A stretch of DNA of 64,000 nucleotides, from IMG/VR virus record IMGVR_UViG_3300023184_000081, positions 16,242-80,241 of that record, one strand, 5' to 3'. A program made the position numbers and the translations under genes. This document shows positions 36,979-46,829 of the stretch, one piece after another; the stretch's first letter is position 1; each line of letters begins with the position of its first letter. The notes under the pieces are model-generated. The model saw only the letters and a list, made by a program, of their open reading frames with translations, searched no databases and was not told the DNA's origin. Source of the stretch: a virus.

Positions 36979-37449
36979 ATGAAGAAATTAAATTTGCAAG
37001 AGGTTAAAACATTTATAGAAGCGCAAACTCCATCGACCAAAATTTATCTAGGTTGTGATTCTGAAAAGTATAAAGCGAATGGTCAATGGTATGCAGATTA
37101 TATCTTAGCAATTGTTGTGCATATCGACGGATGTCATGGTTGCAAAATCTTCGGTGAAGTTCACACTGAAAAAGACTATGATGCTAAGGCTAGCAAGCCA
37201 TCGCTCAGATTGATGCAGGAAGTTTATAAAGTGGCAGAACTTTATCTGAAACTCGGCGAAGTATTAGAAGGTCGCGATGTAGAAGTGCATCTAGATATTA
37301 ATCCGGATATGGAATATGGCAGCAGCTGCGTTATCAATCAAGCAGTTGGTTACATAAAAGGAATGTGTAATGTCATTCCTCTTGTAAAACCCAATGCTTT
37401 TGCTGCCAGCTATGCTGCAGATAGACTAAAAAGCATAAGAGTCGCATAA
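36979..37449 (+). CDS. YkuK-family RNase H-like protein
   Basis: IYLGCDS, RLMQEV, EVHLDIN, KPNAFAASYAAD. Confidence 0.85.
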   Translation: MKKLNLQEVKTFIEAQTPSTKIYLGCDSEKYKANGQWYADYILAIVVHIDGCHGCKIFGEVHTEKDYDAKASKPSLRLMQEVYKVAELYLKLGEVLEGRDVEVHLDINPDMEYGSSCVINQAVGYIKGMCNVIPLVKPNAFAASYAADRLKSIRVA

Positions 37450-37787
37450 TGGAAACCATTCGTCCGTGGGGATATTATCGTGTATTGCATGATGTCGATG
37501 GAACTAAGGTGAAAGAACTTGTTGTAAATCCTGGTTGCAGTTTATCAATGCAACGACATAATTTTAGATCAGAACATTGGCATGTCACTGAAGGATGTGC
37601 AGTGATTAATACAAGCATAACTTCTGTGGATCCAATTAACACCACATTGTTTATGCATCAGTCTATTCATATCAATCGGGGTGAATGGCATCAATTAACA
37701 AATCCATTTGATACGCCATGTAAAATAATTGAAATACAGTATGGTGAAAAATGTATTGAAGATGATATTGAGAGACATTCTTATTAA
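37449..37787 (+). CDS. Cupin, mannose-6-phosphate isomerase type II C-terminal-like
   Basis: RPWGYY, LSMQRHNFRSEHW, WHQLTN, IIEIQYG..C.EDDIER. Confidence 0.88.
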   Translation: METIRPWGYYRVLHDVDGTKVKELVVNPGCSLSMQRHNFRSEHWHVTEGCAVINTSITSVDPINTTLFMHQSIHINRGEWHQLTNPFDTPCKIIEIQYGEKCIEDDIERHSY

Positions 37788-37846
37788 AGAAATGCCTTGC
37801 CATTTAGCCAACATGAGCGTATAATAATACTCTGAATGGAGATAAT

Positions 37847-38044
37847 ATGGCGTATGTATTCACTGAAGACGAACTAGAAGATATCAAACAGATCGTAGAC
37901 GCTAATGGTGAGTGGGGTATTCGATCCGCTTACTATTGGTGGAATGGCCTTGCTAAGGATAAGACAGTTAAAGTCGACGAAGTAGAAAATTTTGCAATAG
38001 CATTTATGTCACAATATAATGAACAATTTGGAGTAACATATTAA
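37847..38044 (+). CDS. Hypothetical protein
   Basis: RBS GGAG, downstream of a sigma70-type promoter. Confidence 0.65.
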   Translation: MAYVFTEDELEDIKQIVDANGEWGIRSAYYWWNGLAKDKTVKVDEVENFAIAFMSQYNEQFGVTY

Positions 38045-39339
38045 TGAAACCGTGGGAAATAATTACTCGTCTTGAGTCTGACAATTCGCGTCTGTTTAAA
38101 GAATCGGTCATCGCTGAAGCAGTTAAAGAAAATAACATTGAATTTTTTGATGGCATAGGTTATGCTCTCGATTCATTCACCACCTTTGGCGTAAAGAAAG
38201 TTCCGGAGAAAACTAATGAAAATGGCAATGGTGTGTCTTGGTCTGATTTTGATTGTATATGCCAGCGTCTTATCAATCGTGAGCTCACAGGTAATCTCGC
38301 CAGAGATTCGATTGAACAAATGATGAATGATTCTACGAAAGACCAATGGAATAATTGGTATCGTAGAATTCTGATTAAAGATCTTCGTTGCGGTGTTTCT
38401 GAGAAAACTGTGAACAACGTTGTTCCTCCTCTCTTTTCGATTCCGACATTCTCGTGTCAGTTGGCTCATGATTCTGCAAAGCACGAATCCAAAGTTTCTG
38501 GCAAGAAAATGATTGAAAACAAACTTGATGGAGTTCGCGTTATCACGATTGTTAATCCTGATGGTCGTGTTGATCAATATTCTAGGAATGGAAAAGAGTT
38601 ACTCAATTTCCAAAAGATCAAAGATCAAATCAGTGCTATCGCTTCTACCTTTACTCAGCCGATGGTGCTAGATGGTGAAGTAATGTCTAGCAGTTTTCAG
38701 GATTTGATGACGCAAGTGAATCGCAAGAGCAATGTCAATGCTGGCGATGCTATATTGAATCTGTTTGATATTCTTCCTCTGATTGATTTTAAAAAGGGTG
38801 AACACAATGTCATTCAGAAAGAAAGAACTGAATATCTGACAGATTGGTATGAGAACAATATATCTAAACTGCCTAATGTTACTGTTTTGAATCATGCACT
38901 TCTAGATCTAGATACAAAAGAAGGGCAGAAATTGTTCAAGATGTATAATTTTTCTGCGATCGAAAACGGATACGAAGGTCTTATGATCAAGGATCCAGAA
39001 GCGATTTATGAGTGCAAACGAAGTGTTGCGTGGTTGAAACTTAAACCATACATAGAAGTGAGTTTGACCGTAATCTCTACAGAAGAAGGAACTGGAAAGA
39101 ATCTAGGTAAAATGGGTGCACTGATCTGTGAAGGTGTTGATGATGGAAAACTAATCCAAGTCAATGTTGGCTCCGGATTTACTGATCTTCAGCGAGACGA
39201 ATTTTGGTCATGTAAAGTAGATGGTCAAATTGTTGAGGTTCGTGCTGATGCCATAACGCAAAATCAGGATAAGACTTATAGCCTAAGATTTCCGCGTTTC
39301 AAATGTTTTCGTGGGTTCAAAACAGGAGAGAAAATATAA
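38044..39339 (+). CDS. gp30: ATP-dependent DNA ligase (gp30-like)
   Basis: ENKLDGVR, VLDGEV, YEGLMIKD, WLKLKP, VGSGFTD, SLRFPRF. Confidence 0.96.
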   Translation: MKPWEIITRLESDNSRLFKESVIAEAVKENNIEFFDGIGYALDSFTTFGVKKVPEKTNENGNGVSWSDFDCICQRLINRELTGNLARDSIEQMMNDSTKDQWNNWYRRILIKDLRCGVSEKTVNNVVPPLFSIPTFSCQLAHDSAKHESKVSGKKMIENKLDGVRVITIVNPDGRVDQYSRNGKELLNFQKIKDQISAIASTFTQPMVLDGEVMSSSFQDLMTQVNRKSNVNAGDAILNLFDILPLIDFKKGEHNVIQKERTEYLTDWYENNISKLPNVTVLNHALLDLDTKEGQKLFKMYNFSAIENGYEGLMIKDPEAIYECKRSVAWLKLKPYIEVSLTVISTEEGTGKNLGKMGALICEGVDDGKLIQVNVGSGFTDLQRDEFWSCKVDGQIVEVRADAITQNQDKTYSLRFPRFKCFRGFKTGEKI

Positions 39340-39467
39340 GTGAATGTAGTTTACATCATTATGATACCAGTGTATATCGCTTTCATTATAATGTGGTTTG
39401 GCATTATGCCTATAATGTTTTATGGTTTAATCAAATATTTTTTAATATCACTGATGAAGATGATTTA

Positions 39468-39683
39468 ATGAAGACGCCTGCATTTGGAACAAAAGGATAC
39501 ATAATTTTATGTGTAGACGGAAAGTATCGATTTAGAGTCTATACAGAAAAAGATTTTATTGATTACGATTTAGCTCACAGCGATTTATGCGTAGAGATAG
39601 TGGATAAAGATGCGACTTTTTATTCAGACGATCGCGGCGACAGATTGGATCACAACCCCTCAACATTAGGATATGACGAATGA
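39468..39683 (+). CDS. Hypothetical protein
   Basis: YRFRVY...DYDLAHSDL...LDHNPSTLG; ATG at 39468 preferred. Confidence 0.6.
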   Translation: MKTPAFGTKGYIILCVDGKYRFRVYTEKDFIDYDLAHSDLCVEIVDKDATFYSDDRGDRLDHNPSTLGYDE

Positions 39684-40186
39684 GTAATTATAAAACACAC
39701 GCAATAAACGAATTCCGTGCTGCAGGATGGATGGATCAGAATGGTAAATACCTTGATGAGATGCAAGAAATGATATGTAATCATGTTCTTGCTCTATTAG
39801 ATGTTTTTGCCGATGAAGGACATTCTGGCACCACTGCGCCATACACTATCGAATTGTTCTCTAAATTAGCAAAGTTTGATCCGATTGTTCCATTGACTGG
39901 TGAGGACTGGGAATGGAGTGAAGTGTCTGATGGCGACAATGGAAAAATGTATCAGAACAAACGATGCGGTGCTGTATTTAAAGACGCAAATCGACATGAT
40001 GGACAACCATATTATCTTGATGGCAAAGTGTTTTGGGAATGGTATAAGAGTGAAGATGGTGAAATGTCTAAGTCATATTTCACAAGTGCCGATTCTCAAG
40101 AGCCTATTGTATTTCCCTACACACCAAAGTCGGAGTATGTGTTTAGGGCAACAGAACAATTTCCAAATGAGGAAATTACAAAATGA
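39680..40186 (+). CDS. Conserved phage hypothetical protein
   Basis: FADEGHSGTTA...PLTGEDWEW...YQNKRC. Confidence 0.75.
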   Translation: MSNYKTHAINEFRAAGWMDQNGKYLDEMQEMICNHVLALLDVFADEGHSGTTAPYTIELFSKLAKFDPIVPLTGEDWEWSEVSDGDNGKMYQNKRCGAVFKDANRHDGQPYYLDGKVFWEWYKSEDGEMSKSYFTSADSQEPIVFPYTPKSEYVFRATEQFPNEEITK

Positions 40187-40659
40187 ATAACACAGTTAAA
40201 GCAAGTATAGATCTGAGAGACTGGGATACAAGATTTTTGGATCTTACAGAGCATATTTCCAAATGGAGTAAAGATCCATCTACGAAAGTGGGTGCCGTGA
40301 TTGTAGACTCGCAACGCAGAATCGTATCCACCGGATATAATGGATTTCCTGTTGGAGTTATGGATTCGTATGATCGCTTGACTAATCGCGATAATAAATA
40401 TGAAATGATAATCCATGCTGAAGCCAATGCTATTCTTTTTGCTCATCAACGTATGAATGGTATGACGCTATACACAACTCCATTTCAGCCATGCAGTCGA
40501 TGCGCTTCTCTGATCATTCAGAGTGGAATTTCTAGAGTTATATCGTATGAAATAGAAGAATCGAAAAATCGTTGGGTGGATAGTTTTAAACTAGCGAAAG
40601 AATTATTCGAGGAAGCCGGAGTCGAACTTCTACTTTTGGAAAAGGTGTATAATGTTTAA
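40183..40659 (+). CDS. dCMP deaminase
   Basis: SKDPSTKVGAVI, GYNGFP, HAEANA, PCSRC. Confidence 0.94.
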   Translation: MNNTVKASIDLRDWDTRFLDLTEHISKWSKDPSTKVGAVIVDSQRRIVSTGYNGFPVGVMDSYDRLTNRDNKYEMIIHAEANAILFAHQRMNGMTLYTTPFQPCSRCASLIIQSGISRVISYEIEESKNRWVDSFKLAKELFEEAGVELLLLEKVYNV

Positions 40660-40816
40660 TTTGATTTTCTCTGCAATGGCTGGATGTTTCGCATTTATAT
40701 GTTCGAACAATTCACAAGAAATTGGAGTGCTTGGAGCAATTGGATGGATTTTAGTTTCTGGTTATTTCTTTTTGTGTGAATTGATTGAACAATATATTCA
40801 GAAAGAAAAACAATGA
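40652..40816 (+). CDS. Small membrane protein (54 aa)
   Basis: Hydrophobic ORF filling the gap, with overlapping start/stop codons. Confidence 0.5.
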   Translation: MFNLIFSAMAGCFAFICSNNSQEIGVLGAIGWILVSGYFFLCELIEQYIQKEKQ

Positions 40817-41004
40817 ATAGAATAGTCGAAATCTCAAATCCATCGGTCGAGCGTATGATTGCCGAATATAGATTAGCTCAAATGACAAAGTCGATTCGAG
40901 TAGATCAGGAAACTGCTGTAGAAATGGAACAGCACGTAAAAGATCTAAAGATCATCAGAGAATCGTTAGATGGTAAGGGTAAGACAGTAGATATAACAAT
41001 TTAG
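40813..41004 (+). CDS. Hypothetical protein
   Basis: ATGA-coupled ORF ending GKGKTVDITI. Confidence 0.6.
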   Translation: MNRIVEISNPSVERMIAEYRLAQMTKSIRVDQETAVEMEQHVKDLKIIRESLDGKGKTVDITI

Positions 41005-41014
41005 AAAGTATGAT

Positions 41015-41584
41015 ATGCCTTCAGTATTTTTAATCGCAGATACACATTTCGGACATAAAGGAATGTGTACGTTTACGCGAAATGATGGAATTACAAAACT
41101 TAGACCATTTGATACGCCTGAAGAAATGGACGAATTCATGGTCAAAGCATGGAATGATAAAGTGAAGCCTACTGATAAAGTATATCATCTTGGCGATGTC
41201 GTCATCAATAAAAAGTCTTTGTCTATTATGGATAGACTCAATGGCGATAAAGTTCTGATTCGAGGCAACCATGATATCTTTCATGACACGGAATACAGAA
41301 AATACTTTCGTGAACTTCGTGCGTATCATGTTATGAACGGAATGATTCTGAGTCATATTCCTATTCATGATGAAAGTCTTGGTCGATTCGGAACTAACAT
41401 TCATGGACATCTACACGCAAATCGCGTAAAGAAGAATGGCGAAATTGATGTTAGATATCATTGTGTATCAGCCGAGCATGTAGATTTTACTCCGATTCTT
41501 TTTGAAGACGTTATCAAACGCATTGTAGAAGAAGGTGGACATGTCGGTTTCAAAAATGGGAATTATCAAAGCCCTGCTAGTTAA
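41015..41584 (+). CDS. Calcineurin-like metallophosphoesterase
   Basis: ADTHFGH, YHLGDV, RGNHD, LSHIP, HGHLH. Confidence 0.92.
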   Translation: MPSVFLIADTHFGHKGMCTFTRNDGITKLRPFDTPEEMDEFMVKAWNDKVKPTDKVYHLGDVVINKKSLSIMDRLNGDKVLIRGNHDIFHDTEYRKYFRELRAYHVMNGMILSHIPIHDESLGRFGTNIHGHLHANRVKKNGEIDVRYHCVSAEHVDFTPILFEDVIKRIVEEGGHVGFKNGNYQSPAS

Positions 41585-41641
41585 ATGGCATAACGATCAA
41601 TTTGTAGTGATCAGTAGGCAGTTCGATTCTGTCACAGGGTA
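41571..41641 (+). pseudogene. Degenerate tRNA-Thr(TGT)-like sequence
   Basis: D- and T-arms intact (GGCAG-TTCGATT-CTGTC), 8-nt anticodon loop, no CCA. Confidence 0.6.
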
Positions 41642-41802
41642 TCTTAAAACCGGAGAGCAATAATGAGCATATGGGATGAATCGCACGAGAAAAAGCTGAT
41701 GGAGAAACGAATCGCGAATTCCACTAGAAAACGTTCTTACTTTAAAATCTGCTGTATCTTGTACTATGTGTTGATTGGTGTGATTGGTTTATTATTTGGG
41801 GA

Positions 41803-42249
41803 ATGGATTGCGCTGTGGATAAAGTAAGTGATACGCCGAGGACGGATGCGATTGCTACAGAAGGATCAATCTACAGTTTTGGCGTAAGAATTACCAAGCT
41901 ATCTAGAGAACTTGAACGCGAACTCGCCGCCGCAATTGAGCAGCGCGACAAGGCTAGTGGAAATGCGTCGAAGGAGTTGATGGACTGCAAGGGTTATGAC
42001 CTATACCCTGACGGCACGATGCGACCGGCTCATGGCTTGGGCGAATGGGTTAAAGCCGAAGACTACGACAAACTCCACGCCGAGATTGCAATGCTGCGGA
42101 AGGATACGGAACGGCTTGACTGGCTTGATACTGTTGACTGCGGGATTAACCAATGTGGTTACGGAGAATACAGAGATTATACTGGGCGTGGATTTATAAA
42201 AAAGATACGCGAAGTGGTTGACGCGGCGATGAAGGAGTGCTGGAAATGA
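41803..42249 (+). CDS. Hypothetical protein, GC-richer (foreign-looking)
   Basis: SDTPRTDA...LERELAA...ERLDWL motifs typical of small temperate-phage genes. Confidence 0.7.
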   Translation: MDCAVDKVSDTPRTDAIATEGSIYSFGVRITKLSRELERELAAAIEQRDKASGNASKELMDCKGYDLYPDGTMRPAHGLGEWVKAEDYDKLHAEIAMLRKDTERLDWLDTVDCGINQCGYGEYRDYTGRGFIKKIREVVDAAMKECWK

Positions 42250-42548
42250 GCACGCCAAGCGCAGCACAAGCAGCAGGGGAATCTTATGAGCAAAAGATTG
42301 CGCGTCTTGAACGCGAACTCGCCGCGCAGAAGGAGCAGTACCGCGTTCTGACGGATGAAATGCTGGTTATCCATACCCGCTATGAAACGGTCAGGCGTAT
42401 GCGGCCAGCGCAATTCGCTGAACTGTTCAGGGCAAACATTGAACAGAATATTCCGTTCGATGATTTAGTGGACAACGCCGCCACCGCGCAGGGGCGGAAG
42501 GGAGGTGGTCGACAACCGCGCCGGTTGCCGACGAGATTCGTGCGATGA
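42246..42548 (+). CDS. Hypothetical protein, GC-richer
   Basis: LERELAA repeat shared with the upstream gene. Confidence 0.65.
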   Translation: MSTPSAAQAAGESYEQKIARLERELAAQKEQYRVLTDEMLVIHTRYETVRRMRPAQFAELFRANIEQNIPFDDLVDNAATAQGRKGGGRQPRRLPTRFVR

Positions 42549-42559
42549 AGAAAATATAA

Positions 42560-42808
42560 TTATTTTTTATCTTTAATATGTCTTAGCATCAATACAATAT
42601 TGATCTTTTGATTGAGTCTAATCAAATCATTATCTAACATCCTTACACGATCGATTAGAGCTATCAATATAGTTTCAGCTTCTTTTAAGACAGGTTTGAT
42701 TTCTGTCGTTGCCCATTTCCATACGAAATATATCAAATATCCCATCCCACCAGCTGCCACAATCGGAAATCCGTATTTGTTGATAGCATCTACTATGTTC
42801 ATGTCCAT
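42560..42808 (-). CDS. Small single-TM protein (holin/YvrJ-like)
   Basis: KYGFPIVAAGGMGYLIYFVW...RVRMLDNDLIRL. Confidence 0.7.
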   Translation of the reverse strand: MDMNIVDAINKYGFPIVAAGGMGYLIYFVWKWATTEIKPVLKEAETILIALIDRVRMLDNDLIRLNQKINIVLMLRHIKDKK

Positions 42809-42810
42809 TT

Positions 42811-43089
42811 CTAATCCTTCCTAGCATCGCTTTGCCCGTCAGCTCTTGCGATACGATCAACATCAGGTTTAATACCTAATGCGTTAGAAACTAAAGTGTC
42901 AATACGAATCACGTCAGAATTCATGGTTCTAACGCGATTGTTAAGTCCTCCGATTAATCCGGTCAGACCTCTAACTGTGGATGTGACGCCCTGCAGAATA
43001 AACCGTAGAGTTAAGAAGACAAAATATCCACCAGCACATGCTGCAGCTATTGGAAATCCTACTTCTGCTACAAGTTTAAAAAAATCCAT
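42811..43089 (-). CDS. Small single-TM protein, paralogue of the neighbouring gene
   Basis: EVGFPIAAACAGGYFVFL...RVRTMNSDVIRI. Confidence 0.7.
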   Translation of the reverse strand: MDFFKLVAEVGFPIAAACAGGYFVFLTLRFILQGVTSTVRGLTGLIGGLNNRVRTMNSDVIRIDTLVSNALGIKPDVDRIARADGQSDARKD

Positions 43090-43862
43090 TACAAACCACT
43101 CCAATCACTCAATACAGGCTGTGTGATTTCTATCTTCTGTAAATTAGATGGAAGTTGTGGCATAAAATTTATATTTGTTTCTAGTTCAATCGCTTTAATT
43201 GTTGTAGCATATTTTGGAAGGTCTCGAACTGGTAGTGCTTCATTTGGAAATATAAAAGAGATAACCTTACCCGTTTTGCGATCGATGATAACTTTCCACA
43301 ACTTTGTAGGAACACCAACCTTGTTGTTACCTATAGTCAAATGATTTTGTTCATACAAAGTTCCTGTAACAACATAGATATCTTTTCCTTCAAGAACCCA
43401 ATTTCTGATATAAGTTTCTAGTTGCTTCCATATCCCGCGATTGTGATTTGGAACTTGTGGAACCATATTTGACAGAAAGAAACTTTCACTCATAATTTCT
43501 TCCGATGTTGTATTGTTTCCTGCTGGAGATAGATGCCCGCGATCATATGGATTTCCGGCATAGTCTGAAAGAACAGATTGATGCTCTTTTGGAATTTCTG
43601 GATCTGCCCTGAAATCATCTTCTCGATGAGCAGGACCAGAAACAGATTCTTTGGTTACGTGTTCCACCACATACTCTGCTGTTCTTGTGTCATTGCGATA
43701 ATGAATCGCATAATTCTTTTTGCAAAGATATTGTGAATTCGTTAATTTGCTTACTGGTGCGCCGCGAACAACAAATTGTGGACAATTATCGTCTATCGGA
43801 TTTGCGAATGTTTGTAGAGAAACGCATAAAACCGAAAAAAATATTAAATTTTTCATAGTCAT
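43089..43862 (-). CDS. Secreted DNA/RNA non-specific endonuclease (NucA/EndA-type)
   Basis: Signal peptide TFA|N, YDRGHL, SFFLSNMVPQ...NRGIWKQLE. Confidence 0.93.
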   Translation of the reverse strand: MTMKNLIFFSVLCVSLQTFANPIDDNCPQFVVRGAPVSKLTNSQYLCKKNYAIHYRNDTRTAEYVVEHVTKESVSGPAHREDDFRADPEIPKEHQSVLSDYAGNPYDRGHLSPAGNNTTSEEIMSESFFLSNMVPQVPNHNRGIWKQLETYIRNWVLEGKDIYVVTGTLYEQNHLTIGNNKVGVPTKLWKVIIDRKTGKVISFIFPNEALPVRDLPKYATTIKAIELETNINFMPQLPSNLQKIEITQPVLSDWSGL

Positions 43863-43929
43863 TATCTTCCGAATAATTTGTTTTTATTATGTATTCAGAG
43901 AGAATCTACGAAATTATCAATCCTGCATC

Positions 43930-43937
43930 TATTTATA
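43930..43937 (-). promoter_or_regulatory. T4-type late promoter (minus strand)
   Basis: TATTTATA on + is TATAAATA on -, upstream of the nuclease operon. Confidence 0.65.
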
Positions 43938-43941
43938 ACGC

Positions 43942-44002
43942 TAACCTATTGATTTTATTAGCCAAAATAAACCTTGACAATTAGCCAAAACCAGCGTATA
44001 AT
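43942..44002 (+). promoter_or_regulatory. IHF-consensus site plus sigma70 early promoter
   Basis: TAACCTATTGATT (YAANNNNTTGATW), then TTGACA(43974)-17 nt-TATAAT. Confidence 0.75.
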
Positions 44003-44008
44003 ATTCAT

Positions 44009-44404
44009 ATGAACATTGTAATTCAAACAAGAAATCTGTATCGATTTGAGAATGTATATTTTCTCGGGACGGATGTCGTCGTTCAAAGATCTATCAAGGT
44101 TTTACAGAAGAAAATGGAGCGGATCTGGAAAGAATATAAAGATTCAGATTTTCCCATTCTCTTCGAAAGTAAAGGAACTCCTCACTGTGGAAAATGGATG
44201 TCATATAGTATAGAAAATGAAATTCATTTGGCTCCAGGTCAGCGTGATTATTTGACTCTTGTTCACGAAATGTGTCATGCCATGGGTAAAGGTTATCACA
44301 ACAAAAATTTCGTAGATTTAGAATTTGATATATTGGAAAGATTTTTTAATATCGACCGTGGCGAGCTAGAATTAGCAGCAGGTCTATTTGGAGTGGATAG
44401 ATGA
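44009..44404 (+). CDS. HExxH metallopeptidase-like protein
   Basis: LVHEMCH...YHNKNF; leaderless start directly after the promoter. Confidence 0.7.
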   Translation: MNIVIQTRNLYRFENVYFLGTDVVVQRSIKVLQKKMERIWKEYKDSDFPILFESKGTPHCGKWMSYSIENEIHLAPGQRDYLTLVHEMCHAMGKGYHNKNFVDLEFDILERFFNIDRGELELAAGLFGVDR

Positions 44405-44733
44405 GAGCATTGAAAGAAATTACGGAATGGAATGTTGGTTATAAACAACCAAATCATACATATTTGATCGACGATCACGATAACATAATTGCATACAGGA
44501 AATGGCATAAAGGCGAGCAAATCTTTTCAACTAGCAAATTTCCGCTAAATAAAAGATATCGCAAATTTGTAGAGGTTGATGCTGCTCAGTTCAAATATAC
44601 AGCGCCGGAAACCAAAGCTAACATCAAAATTGTTATTGGCAGCAAAGGCGACAAGTATATTATAGATCTAGATAAGTCGACATGCACGTGTAATGGATTT
44701 AAATTTCGGGGAAAATGCAAACATATACCTTGA
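44401..44733 (+). CDS. SWIM zinc-finger protein
   Basis: GSKGDKY...CTCNGFKFRGKCKHI. Confidence 0.82.
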   Translation: MRALKEITEWNVGYKQPNHTYLIDDHDNIIAYRKWHKGEQIFSTSKFPLNKRYRKFVEVDAAQFKYTAPETKANIKIVIGSKGDKYIIDLDKSTCTCNGFKFRGKCKHIP

Positions 44734-44797
44734 CAATTAGGTGTGTTCCTGATATAATACATATGTTCCGAAGGGTCAATATTAATAGGATTTCATT

Positions 44798-45166
44798 ATG
44801 GGTATGATGCCAGTATATTTCACGACTACTTCTTTCAGGAAACGAAAGAAACAGAAGTTCACTAATGCAGCTTCAGCGAAGCTATCACGTGAGAATCAAG
44901 AAAGCTGGAAGAAGCTTCTTCTATCTCATGACGTAAAGAAAATTTCTAAGAATATAAAATCAGTTCAAAGAAAGCCTGTTTCATACCGTGGAAGTGATTT
45001 GCCTAGAATACCTTCTGTCAAAGATACGTGGGAGCCATGTGTTCGACCAGCAGACAAAGTATACACTGGCGATGCGATTGTGGGTATTTCTACGATGCAT
45101 AAGTCTAATGCAGTTCCTGTATTCAATAAACAAGCAGCAATTGATATTTCTAAGATGAGGCGATAG
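44798..45166 (+). CDS. Conserved T4-like basic hypothetical protein
   Basis: YTGDAIVGISTMHKSNAVPVF...ISKMRR. Confidence 0.8.
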   Translation: MGMMPVYFTTTSFRKRKKQKFTNAASAKLSRENQESWKKLLLSHDVKKISKNIKSVQRKPVSYRGSDLPRIPSVKDTWEPCVRPADKVYTGDAIVGISTMHKSNAVPVFNKQAAIDISKMRR

Positions 45167-45345
45167 TGATGAATGCGCTGATAAAAATGTGGGATGACTT
45201 CGATGATTCGTTTTCTCATGTTCTATACGGCGGTGGGAAAGCATTTTCATCAATATTGGTAACTGCAGCTGCGATTGTAATTGAATTGAGCTTCGTCGGA
45301 ATCATGGTTTGGTTGTTTGTATTCTAGAACAATTTAAGGAGTATA

Positions 45346-45516
45346 ATGATGGATAATATTTTTGTTTGGTTGCGGAAATACGATTTGCAAATCGCTTGGT
45401 TTTTGATTGGTCTTTTCTCTTTTGCAGGTCTCGAGGCATTCAAGAATGATGACATTGTAACTGGTTTGGTTTACTTTGGATTTGCTGCTATTAACTATTT
45501 ACTCGTCAGAAAATGA
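45346..45516 (+). CDS. Small membrane protein (56 aa)
   Basis: RBS AAGGAG; two hydrophobic segments. Confidence 0.55.
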   Translation: MMDNIFVWLRKYDLQIAWFLIGLFSFAGLEAFKNDDIVTGLVYFGFAAINYLLVRK

Positions 45517-45809
45517 TGGGAATGTTTAATGAGGTAAATTTTTCTATGACATGTCCGGTTTGTGCAACGGAGATTAATGGATTTCAGACCAAGGACGGCA
45601 CTCTTTTGCTCGACAATGTGGAGCCAGACAGTATAGATAATTTCTATTCATCATGTGATAACTGCTACAGAACAGGTGTCAATACATGGATTGAATATTC
45701 TCGGGCACCAAAAGAGATGACTCACCGAGAAAAGAAACTCAGTGAAGAAGAAATTATTGCGATGGGTTTTGTTTTAAAAGTAACTTCGAAATATATGCCT
45801 TTACTTTAA
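45513..45809 (+). CDS. Zn-ribbon protein
   Basis: MGMFN...CPVC...FQTKD...CDNC. Confidence 0.7.
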   Translation: MMGMFNEVNFSMTCPVCATEINGFQTKDGTLLLDNVEPDSIDNFYSSCDNCYRTGVNTWIEYSRAPKEMTHREKKLSEEEIIAMGFVLKVTSKYMPLL

Positions 45810-45834
45810 CTCAAATCTAGCGTATAATAACACT

Positions 45835-46686
45835 ATGAAGATCGCACTTTGCTCGGATTTACATCTAGAGTTCGGAGATATTATTCTCAAGAACACTGAG
45901 AACGCAGACGTATTGATCCTGAGCGGAGATATCCTCATTGCCGAAGATCTTCGTAGGACTGCTAAATTTTTGGGAATGACTCCAGAGGAATTTGATCAGT
46001 CGATGTATCAAATCACTTATAGAGTCGAAGCAGCTAAACGGTTCAGAGAATTCTTGAGCAGAGTAAGTTTTGAATTTCCGCATGTGATATATGTTGCTGG
46101 TAATCATGAATTTTATCACGGAAAGTGGAATGAGACCATAGATGTATTGCGTGCTGAATGTGCCAGATATGAAAATATTTATTTTCTTGAGTGTGATACA
46201 AAGGTCATTGAAGATATAACCTTTGCTGGCGGAACACTATGGACTGATTGCAATAAAGGTGATCCGCTGACGCTTCATGGTTTGACCACATATATGTATG
46301 ATTATAGCGCGATCGTAAATGATAATGCTGGTTATACAAAATTGCGTCCGATTCATACTGTTGAACGCCATGATAAAACTAAGAGATACCTCAAGCATGT
46401 ATTGGATAACACTGAGGGAAAAATCGTAGTTGTTGGTCATCATGCGCCAACTGCGCTCAGTGTTCATGAAAGATATGTTCGCGACACTATTGTAAACGGT
46501 GCATTTTATAGCGATCTGAGCGAGTTCATTTTAGATCATCCTCAGATTGTTCTATGGACGCATGGACATATGCACGATCCTTGGGATTATATGATTGGTG
46601 ATACTCGCGTTGTATGTAATCCTCGCGGATATACTGGTCAGGAAAGACGCGCATCTGAATTCAAATTGCAGTATTTACAAGTGTGA
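45835..46686 (+). CDS. Calcineurin-like metallophosphoesterase
   Basis: SDLHLE, LSGDI, AGNHEFY, GHHAP, HGHMH, CNPRGY. Confidence 0.92.
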   Translation: MKIALCSDLHLEFGDIILKNTENADVLILSGDILIAEDLRRTAKFLGMTPEEFDQSMYQITYRVEAAKRFREFLSRVSFEFPHVIYVAGNHEFYHGKWNETIDVLRAECARYENIYFLECDTKVIEDITFAGGTLWTDCNKGDPLTLHGLTTYMYDYSAIVNDNAGYTKLRPIHTVERHDKTKRYLKHVLDNTEGKIVVVGHHAPTALSVHERYVRDTIVNGAFYSDLSEFILDHPQIVLWTHGHMHDPWDYMIGDTRVVCNPRGYTGQERRASEFKLQYLQV

Positions 46687-46829
46687 CGAAGTGAAAACCA
46701 TAAGAATATATGGAAAATTTAATTATTGGATAGATATTGAAATGGAAGATGATCAGAATAACGATATGGCTATTATCATTGCCATGACTACTAATTTGGA
46801 TAGATGGAACTGTGAGGAATATAAAGAAT

